A stretch of 64,000 nt of DNA from a virus. The stretch lies in the IMG/VR virus record IMGVR_UViG_3300030333_002570, positions 66,093-130,092 of that record. One strand, 5' to 3'. Under the pieces are notes generated by a model, which was given only the letters and a program-made list of their open reading frames with translations, did no database searches and was not told the DNA's origin. Shown piece after piece: positions 37,701-45,500 of this stretch; position 1 is the first letter of the stretch, and each line of letters begins with the position of its first letter. The position numbers and the translations under genes were made by a program.

Positions 37701-38981
37701 AGAGTGAGTTCTGCTACAGTTCAGGCAGCAACTCAATCAGGTGCTCCAGCATATGATACATCTAATAGAAAGATCAGAATTGCACATTCCGATCATGGTA
37801 TGCATGATTTAGATAATAATGTTATTATCGAAGGTGCTATATCTGAAATTTCAGATACTTATCTAACATCTGCTATATCAGCATCTGACACTGCTATTAA
37901 TGTTAATGATGCTACTGCATTCCATAAGATTATCAATGCTGCAGCAATTACTGCATCTAATGTAGGATACATTAAGATTGAAGATGAGATTATGTCTTAT
38001 TCAGCAATTAGTAATGATGGTAAAACTATTACAGTTCATGAAAGAGGACTTGATGGAACTACTGCTGTAACACATGCTGATGAAACAGTTGTTGAATGTT
38101 ATAACTTAGATGGTATTCCTTTAACAGAAATCAATAAGACACATGCTGCTATTGCTTCTCCAACATTAGATGGTTATGAAATAGCAACTAATTCTCTTGG
38201 TAGATTGGGTATAAGATCTGGTGGTGAAACAATTGTTGCAACTCAGAATGTTCAGTATGAGATTTTGGTACCTCAAATTGAAAGAATGTTACTTCCTAAG
38301 ACAGATATTACTGCAAGAGTTAATACTATTACTGGTACATCTATTAATGATGGAACCACAATGGGACAAAACTCCTTTAGTAATACAGGAGAGTTTATAG
38401 ATGTAAACTTAAGTGAAGATAATCCTTTTGATTCTCCTCAGTTGATTTGTTCTGAACAGAATGAATCTGCAGAATTGAATGGTGCTAAGTCATTTAGAAT
38501 GGATCTAACTATGCTTAGTAACTTAGCAACAGTATCACCTGTAATTGATACTGATAGAATGTCCATTACAACTGTAAGTCAAAGGATTAATAATCCTACT
38601 AATGTTGATAGTGCAAAACTTGCTGTTGGTGACGAACATGCTGCTGTTTATATTAGTAAGGTTGCAAGTCTTACTAATAATTCCACATCAATTAAATTGA
38701 TGTTTGCTGGTTACCGTCCACCAAATACTTACATAAAACCCCTATATAGAGTACTTCCTGCAGGTTCTTCAGATCCTATAGAGTCCTATGGATTTGAATT
38801 CTTCCCAACGGATACTGCTAAGATTCCTGAAACTACTGAGTTGGAACTATATAATGATTATGAGTATGAAGTTACTGGTTTAGACTTTACACAATATCAA
38901 GTTAAATTGGTATTTGTATCTGCAAACCAAGCATATGCTCCAACGGTTAAGGAACTTAGAGCAATCGCACTCGCTGTATAA
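31767..38981 (+). CDS. VrlC-like (DUF4815-type) large virion structural protein
   Basis: N-terminus TNLNVTPYYDDFD...FYRVLFRPGFPIQARELT, internal NGFIVDDF and DPLAQSF, and C-terminal ELRAIALA, in the usual post-gp8 position. Confidence 0.8.
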   Translation: MAQNTNLNVTPYYDDFDKAKNFYRVLFRPGFPIQARELTSMQSILQNQVENMGTHLFKDGAMVIPGQIGYDLEVDAIQVQESFLGADVENYRTQLTGKIITGLTSGVKAKVLYSISATESEKGYITLYLKYIESGTETGGTDNTQQTFIDNEQLVTDTEITFGTTLIEVGSPFAQLLPTAAVQTGSAAYVQNGVYFIRGFFVDVPYQYILLDQYGSTPKYRIGLEILESIITPEDDLSLNDNAAGTSNYAAPGSHRFRITTNLVKKLLTDEADKDFIELLRINGDKVEKLVDRSAYDELERSLATRTYEESGDYVVDDFQITMREGLSDGFNNGVYDAGDTTADGNSAAENLFAVEFGPGTAYVRGYRIKTLAPTYVDLAKPRDTNSAQNTIIPFELGNYSKVNNTYGFLNTSGSTITNAYQTLELRDNFTVTPGDAQGNIIGYARSASIEFLTNPDGTFGNADDQYKLHIFDVQMFTVIQMASAQTITTTASDNRGSLVVGKTSGARGFLVNPITSATHMQLYQVEGIFQKGEMITVDGLDKDVISNLHTYQYSDTRQVCARDESNSAVEFTADIILDDIRPLQGITFTYDATGGSEKITGTNSNFASDLRPGDRIYFNETKYVDVDFVTPTNLATANNATIFNYSSQVVLVTPAGGGAAPSAGTYTNLLRYRGKLTDIDKATLIKEMPKPYVKSISDESMIVRRTFDNQTVSTNSLSITLPENEQFQAITDANYTFTVMGGSNLTYPIGDQLPVDTVNSGGVGYTTFADPSTKTTLNIANLTNITSVKVTATISKNVTTKKSKSPTNMFVLKVNQSVQDLDKMPYGLTYSGVYGTRIEDKDISLGLTDVFNVHAVYESLDDNDPIIPSVTLVEPAFFANKSIVVGRTSKARASVVDFNSSTLKLTVVYLEGKFVSGETLDGFNSSNVAIQGIINDSVGSVIEGSKVITDRYVLQNGQTDFIYGTSKLVREKGVALPIRKLKIVLDYYAHAATGDYFAGQSYLDTNYADIPFYDNLFLPDFLDFRPGVKNLFQGTGSVASPAYVQLPTLDFKARIFPTSGTPSATLFDVPQINSDFRCDFDWYLSRVDKVFVLPTGEFQIIKGKSAENPTEPDDLQDGMLLAILKHDPYTFDTSEDTVIVKSDNKRYTMRDIGNIEDRLNNVEYYTSLNMLESDTFNSEILDASGKSRLKNGFIVDDFTDHSKSDMDEEDYSASLDYESGTCHASHYTTNVSLLVDDSLSQNIQQTGPLITLPYVEEALIIQPYASRVENVNPFNVFAYIGRIDLTPASDDWVDTNRLPRRVTSIEGNFRATRRRLNVDQNGFAPTQWRAWRTTWTGTSRGRWRRWREHTFANFVPGRGRRVMGSRTTTTTRRQTRSGIRTRVVPRIDRRSLGDRIVSETSIPWIRSRNVEVVVARMKPRTSFFSFFDGQKIDDYMIPKVIELIKNSSTDSRTNSTPFVVGELVRGLTSGCRFRVAAPNDFFKYNQYDDTEMPSSYASTTPFLNIDTESLARRAVGRYYGNFQVGEVLIGQSGARAVVKDRRQITDRLGQWKGAFFIPNPRNRNNPRWSTGDRTLRLTTSKTDSRLPGSVASSAETEYSAKGTLRRVQENVLAVRNARLVRDTTTQRRTRRSTRTETRQVGWWDPLAQSFLITEDGGTFITSVDIYFNTKDTNIPISMQIRTMENGYPTTTILPFSDTTLTPDQVQISETGAIATKFTFRAPVYIPQSIEHCFVLFSDSNTYQVWISRMGELDISGDRTISEQPYAGVLFKSQNATTWTADQYEDMKFIVNRAKFTTNLNSRLTLTNAPLDVGNNGKITLAPDPIQTYQPELQLNTAASNLTDTPFTIGARVYQKQSLAQGTITAKANKAGSGFTLTINDISGTWVDAQAIVSSKTTGTITLTSTSGYAIGDQITGGTSSTTATITEVTNATTLAVNYLSGMFTNGETVTGDGAGGGTASQQTTVPGSGTNTVPAGDRVSSATVQAATQSGAPAYDTSNRKIRIAHSDHGMHDLDNNVIIEGAISEISDTYLTSAISASDTAINVNDATAFHKIINAAAITASNVGYIKIEDEIMSYSAISNDGKTITVHERGLDGTTAVTHADETVVECYNLDGIPLTEINKTHAAIASPTLDGYEIATNSLGRLGIRSGGETIVATQNVQYEILVPQIERMLLPKTDITARVNTITGTSINDGTTMGQNSFSNTGEFIDVNLSEDNPFDSPQLICSEQNESAELNGAKSFRMDLTMLSNLATVSPVIDTDRMSITTVSQRINNPTNVDSAKLAVGDEHAAVYISKVASLTNNSTSIKLMFAGYRPPNTYIKPLYRVLPAGSSDPIESYGFEFFPTDTAKIPETTELELYNDYEYEVTGLDFTQYQVKLVFVSANQAYAPTVKELRAIALAV

Positions 38982-39199
38982 TGAACGTACCTGTTAAAGA
39001 CCATGCTGGATGGTATCGTGATGATAACGGAGCCATCCAATGTTCTGATTCTTCTACATATGAAAAGTATATGAAGGGTTATAGAGCAGAACAACAGAAA
39101 CAAAAAGATTTTGTAGCTTTACAAAATGACGTTTCTGGGTTAAAATCAGATATGAGTGAGATTAAATCACTATTACTAACGTTAGCTGACAAATCATGA
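38981..39199 (+). CDS. Small hypothetical protein with C-terminal coiled coil
   Basis: Coupled to the upstream stop (TAATG) and to the downstream start (ATGA). Heptad-like C-terminus LQNDVSGLKSDMSEIKSLLLTL. Confidence 0.75.
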   Translation: MNVPVKDHAGWYRDDNGAIQCSDSSTYEKYMKGYRAEQQKQKDFVALQNDVSGLKSDMSEIKSLLLTLADKS

Positions 39200-39450
39200 C
39201 AACCACTGAACTGGAAAAGGTATCACAAGAAACGATGCTTTCTCAATTTAAGGAAAGATATCAAAAATGCATTGCTGATAATCAGCAATTAGCAGCAAAA
39301 ATTAAAGAAAATGAAGTTACAGCACTCAAGCTTCAGGGTGCTATTGAAGCATTAGAGTATTATAACCCTCCTGTCGAAGGAACAGCACCAGAGCGGCCAG
39401 ACATTCCTGCCGATGATGTAACGGATGGGTCTCCTGAATTAACTGAATAA
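39196..39450 (+). CDS. Small hypothetical coiled-coil protein
   Basis: ATGA overlap with the previous ORF, amphipathic helix, acidic Pro-rich tail, followed by a terminator hairpin. Confidence 0.75.
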   Translation: MTTTELEKVSQETMLSQFKERYQKCIADNQQLAAKIKENEVTALKLQGAIEALEYYNPPVEGTAPERPDIPADDVTDGSPELTE

Positions 39451-39454
39451 TATC

Positions 39455-39482
39455 GAAGGGGGACGCAAGTCCCCTTTCTTAA
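39455..39482 (+). terminator. Intrinsic terminator-like hairpin
   Basis: GAAGGGGGAC-GCAA-GTCCCCTTTC forms a 10-bp stem with one G:U pair and a GNRA loop. The U tail is short. Confidence 0.7.
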
Positions 39483-39486
39483 TGGC

Positions 39487-39493
39487 ATAAATA
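39487..39493 (+). promoter_or_regulatory. Late promoter motif ATAAATA upstream of the fibre gene
   Basis: Intergenic, immediately after the hairpin and about 40 nt before the ATG at 39534. Confidence 0.75.
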
Positions 39494-39533
39494 ACTTGGA
39501 AGCATGTTCCCATAGAGTTGTCTTAAAAATAAA

Positions 39534-42500
39534 ATGGCAAATAGAATTCAATTAAGAAGAGGTGGTGCTCAAGATTGGGCTAACTCTAACCCAACCTTGG
39601 CACAAGGCGAATTAGGTATTGAACTTGATACTGGTAGATTTAAAATAGGTGATGGTGTTACCGCATGGAACACTTTAAGATATGAGCGTCCTGTTGAGTC
39701 TACATCTAATACCGCAAATACATTAGTACAACGAGATGCAGATGGTAATTTCTCTGCAGGTACTATTACATCAACCATTATTGGTAACTCTTCAACTGCT
39801 TCAAGACTTGCATCTGCTAGACAGATAACTTTATCAGATGACATAGTAGGATCTGGTGTTTTTGATGGTTCTGCCAACCTCACTATATCTACTGGACTAC
39901 AACTAATTTCAACTCTACCTCATTATGATGGAACTGCTGGTGCTTCTGCAACTTATACAAAGGTAACTGTAGACGCAAAAGGTAGAATTACAAATGCTTC
40001 AACACCTTCAACTCTTGCTGATTATAACCTTAATGGAACTGTAGAGGGATCATCAGCTCAACCATATGATTTAGACTTAGTTGCAATAGCAGGTCTTACT
40101 ACTACTGGTATTATTGCTAGGACTAGTGGTGGTGCTATGTCAACCAGAACTATTACTGGTACTGCTACAAGAATTGGTCTGACCAATGGTAATGGTGTTT
40201 CTGGAAACCCAACCATTGATCTTATTACTACTGCTGTAACAGCAGGTGATTATAATACAGAATCTTTAACTTCTGTTAGTGGTGCTGGTAGTGGTGGAGA
40301 ACCTTTCGGAACTGAAACTGTAAACGCTACGAAATTTACAGTTGACGCATATGGTAGACTAACTAGTGCAACCAATGTGCCTATTGCAACAGCAGTAGAA
40401 GGAACAGATGCAGCAGCATACAACGCAGCAACGACCTATTCCAGAGGTGATAGGATCACTAATGCATCGAAACTTTATCAAGCCATTGCAGGTATCTCGG
40501 CAGGAGCTGGAGCACCTACTCATTCAGATACTAGTGATGCTGGATCGTGGAGACACCTCGGTGCAGTTACGACAAAACAAAAAGGTCTCGCTTCCTTTGC
40601 TCAAGAAGATTTTGATGTATCTGCAGGGGGTCACGTTAATATCGCTGCTGCTGGTGTTGACAATTCTCAATTACAAAACAGTCGAATTTCCTTTGCTGAC
40701 GGCAACGCAAAAGAGGACTTTGACCTTGACCAAGAATTAACTGCTACTACAGGATATCGTGGATTCAATAAACTCAACTATATCAAGATTAATGATACAA
40801 GCGGTAATCTACTGTTTGGTGCAAATAATACGGGTGATAGTGGTGCTGGAGAGGTTGATATTAACGTCAGATCCTATTTCAGTGATCCAGACATTACCCT
40901 CAACGCATCGACTTCACAAACTTTAGACAAGATTGGTGATGGTAATCTAACATTTCAGACTACACAGAACTCATCTTCTGCTAGATCATTAAGTATACTT
41001 GCAACTAACTCTGGTGCTGGTGCTAGTAATATTGTTATAACTGCTGAAGATAAGGTTACTATTACTGCTTCAGAAGGAACTAACGGTAAAGTACAAGTAG
41101 AAGACACATACTTCCAAGGGGACTACATTGCTTCCTCTGCTGCCACTATGATCCTTGATCCTGGTGATGACAGGGCAACCAGTGGTAAAGTTCAAATAAT
41201 GGGGGACTTACAAGTAGATGGAACGACTACAACAATTAATTCAACCGTTACTACGGTGGATGATCCTATCATTACTCTTGGCGGTGATACTGCTCCAGGT
41301 TCGGATGACAATAAGGACAGAGGAGTTGAATTCAGATATTACGACGCTTCAGCAAAAATTGGATTCTTTGGTTACGATGATTCGGCCGCTGATCTTGGAG
41401 GACATACAGGAGCATTTACATTCCTCTACGATGCCACAAATACCTCAGAAGTATTCACTGGAACAGATGCAGGGATCATCGCTGGTAACTTAAAACTTAC
41501 AACAAATACTAACTCAACATCTAATACTACTGGAGATTTGGTAGTAGCAGGTGGTGTTGGTATTGGTGATGATGTTAATATTGGTGGACTATTAGATGTA
41601 GACGGTACATTCCGTGCTAATAGCACATCTAGATTTGATGATAATATTGTATTCCAAGGTGCTTCTAAGACTTTAGAACTTAAGAATGGTTCAGGAACTA
41701 CTAAGACTACACTTCATACCACAACAGGTAATGCAGAATTTGGTGGTATAGTAACAGTAACAGGTAACACAGATTTAAATTCAAACTTAAACGTAGCATC
41801 TCTAGTTCATCTCGAATCAACTGATGAACCTAATATTGCTTTAAATGGTGGAACAAATCTTTATGAGATTCAAAGTTCTGACTATGGTGCATTAAGAGTA
41901 GATGGTGGTGGATACGTTGATAAAGATATTCTCTTTAATGGAGACATTTATATAAACGGTGATCTTAACCAGAGAGATAGTGGTACTGAGAGTTGGGGAT
42001 TCAGGAACTGGTTGCAGGTCAGATATAAGGGAAGATTTGGTTCAAGTGTTGCTTACAACCCAACTTATGCTACACATAACACTTCTAACTTAAGAGTGTA
42101 TGGTGGTGCTGGTGTTGCTCAAAATTTACATGTTGGTGCTACAGGATCTGGAGAAGGTTTCTTTGTTGGTAAGAAAAACTCTGGAGACACAGTTAAGTTT
42201 AGTGTTCTAGGTGCTTCTGGTGATACAACTATTGTTGGTGATCTTACAGTTAACTCTGCTGTTGACTTTGACACTACTTTAAACGTTGATGGTGCTGCTA
42301 CATTCCAAGATAATGTTACTATCAATGCTGATAATAAAATGTTTACTATCGAGAATAACTCGGCAGTAGACCAATTTACAGTTGATACAGATAATGGTAA
42401 CACATATGTTGGTGGATCATTAACAGTTGATGATGCTGCTGAATTAAATTCAACATTAAATGTTGATGCTGGTGCTACATTCCAAGACAATGTTACGATT

Positions 42501-45500
42501 AACGCAGATAATAAATTCTTCAAAGTCCAGAATAATTCAAGTGTTGACAAGTTTACCGTTGATACAGATAACGGCAACACTGTTATCGCTGGCACTCTTG
42601 ACGTTACTAGTAATGTCGGTATCGACGGAAACTTTGATATTGCTACTTCTAAGTTTACTGTTGCTGCTTCTACTGGTAATACTGTTATTGACGGAACTGT
42701 TGATATAGATGAGCAACTTACAGTTACTTCTGGAGTCACAATAAATGACGCTAATAAAACATTTACGATCCAGAATGGGGCTGGTACTCCTGTTACTAAG
42801 TTTGAAGTTGATACTGACAACGGTAATACTAACATCATTGGTACACTCACCGTTGGTGATGCAACTCAAATCAATGATACCTTCGGTGTTTCTGGTGTAG
42901 TAACAGCAACAAATAACACAGAGCAAACTCTAACAGGTTCATATGCTGCTGATGGTGCTGGAAGATTCTCTGGTGGTATTGGTCTTGCTAAGAACCTTGC
43001 GGTTGGTGGTAGTGCTAGAATATATGGTAACACTGAATTAACAGGATCACTTGATCTTAATAGTAGTGCTGATATATCTGGTGCTTTAGTATGTAATGAT
43101 AATGTGAACATCAAAGCAGACAATAAGATGTTTACTATTGAGACTGCTGCTGGTGTAGATAAGTTTACAGTTGATACCGACAATGGTAATACTGATATTC
43201 GTGGAACATTAGATGTTGGTGGAGATATAACTGCTGAATCTAATTTCACTGTTACAGGGAATCTTACAGTCAATGGAACAACAACACAAGTCAATAGCAC
43301 AGTTACCACTTACGACGACCCTATTATTACTTTGGGTGGTGACACAGCACCAGGATCTAACGATGGTAAGGATAGGGGTGTTGAATTCCGCTATTACGAT
43401 GGCTCTGCAAAAATCGGGTTCTTCGGATATGACAGATCAACCTCCGAATTTGCATTCTTAACAAGTGCATCTAACTCTTCTGAAGTATTAACAGGAACTG
43501 ATGGTGCTTTAAGAGTTGGATCAGTTCATGTAACTGGTGCAGGTACTTCATTAGATGTAGATAATAATTTAAATGTAGATGGAACAGCAACAATAGATGG
43601 TCAAATAACTTCTAATCTTGCTGATGGAACTGCTCCATTCGTTATTACATCTACAACTAAAGTTAATAATCTAAACGTTGACCGTTTGGATAATATGACA
43701 ACTGCAAGTGCAAACACTGCATCTACAGTTGTTAACAGAGATTCTTCTGGAGACTTTGCTGCTAATCAAATTACTGCTGCTAGTGCTGCTGGTGCTGGTG
43801 CAGGTTTCTTAGGTAATGCATCTTCTGCTGATGTTTGGAAAACTGCTAGAACACTCACTATTGATGGTGTAGTAGATGGTTCGGTTTCCGTCACTGGTGG
43901 AGCAGACTTTACGGTTACTACTACCTTTAATGACGCTGATATTACTGCCTTGGCAGCGATGAGTGGCACAGGATATGTTGTAAGAACTGCTGCAAATACA
44001 TACGCACAAAGAACACTTGCTGTAACAGCATCCTCTGGTATTACTCTTACTAATGCTGATGGAGTTGCTGGTAATACAACTATTAACGTTGCTTCTGCAA
44101 GCACAAACGCTGCAAATAACTTAGTCATACGTGACGGATCTGGTGACTTTGCTGCTAATGAGATTACTTCAGACTTAGTTGGTAACCTTACAGGTGCTAC
44201 TTCTACTGCTAAGAATCTTAACCCTGCTGCTGATAGCACATACGATCTTGGAACTAATACAGTTCGTTGGCAAACTTTATATGCAGATACTGTAAATGCA
44301 ACCACATACGTTGGTTCTCTTACAGGTACTTCTTCTGATGCTGCTGCGATTACGGTTGCTGATGAGTCTGCTGATACATCATGTAATGTGGTATTTGTTA
44401 CTGCAGCTACTGGATCACTTCCTCCTAAGACAGGAACTAATTTAACCTTTAATTCTAGTACTGGAAATCTTGCTGCTACTACCTTTACAGGTCTTGTAGT
44501 TGGTGATGTTACAGGTGATGTTACAGGTAATGCTGACACCGCAACTCTTGCTTCAACAGTTACTGTTGCTGACGAGTCAACTGATACTTCATGTAATGTT
44601 CTTTTCACAACTGCTGCTACTGGTTCTCTTGGAGTTAAGAGTGGAACTAATCTAACTTTTGATTCTGCAAATGGAGTTTTAACTACTACTTCTGTAACTG
44701 GAAATCTAACTGGTAATTTAATTGCTACAACATCTACTGCTAAGAATATTAATCCTGCTTCTGATAGTGCTCATGATCTAGGATCTAACACTGTTCGTTG
44801 GCAGAATGTGTATGCAGATGCTGCTAATATCACTGCTATAACAGGAACCTTAACTGGTACTGCATCCAGTATTGCTAATCATGATACTGATGCACTATCT
44901 GAAGGATCAACTAATCTATACTTCACTAATGAGCGTGTAGATGATAGATTGAATGATGTTATCGTTGCTGGTACAGGTGTTACTAAGGTTTACGATGATG
45001 CTGCTAACACATATACTTTATCTGTTACTCAGGCAGACATTGATACTGATAACATAACAGAAGGAGGTAACAATTTATTCTTCACTAATGAAAGAGTAGA
45101 TGACAGACTTAATTCTGTTATTATAGCAGGTACTGGTGTTACTAAGGTTTATGATGATGCTGCAAATACTTACACATTATCTGTAACTCAAGCAGACGTT
45201 AACTCTGATAACATAACTGAGGGATCAACAAATCTCTTTACAACTGCTGCAAGAACAAGAACACACTTTACATATGGAACTGGTATTACTCATAGTACTG
45301 GAACTTTATCGGTCACACAGGCAGATATTAATACAGACAATGTAACTGAAGGATCTACAAATCTATTCACAACTGCTGCTAGAACTAGAGGACACTTTAC
45401 ATATGGCACAGGTATTACACATAGTTCAGGTACTCTTAGTGTTACTCAGGCAGACATTAATACTGATAATATAACTGAAGGATCTACAAACGTATTCTTT

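Noticed and set aside
39534-39700. Mtd_N-like domain suggesting a diversity-generating retroelement target
   Set aside because: No reverse transcriptase and no template/variable repeat pair differing specifically at adenines is visible in the window. The domain is a common fibre anchor.
43766-44608. 280-aa minus-strand ORF (also 42119-42850, 42866-43309, 2584-3048 and 46103-46492)
   Set aside because: These are antisense shadows of Gly/Ala/Thr/Val-rich repeats, whose codon bias avoids stops on the reverse strand. They have no SD and no recognisable motif.
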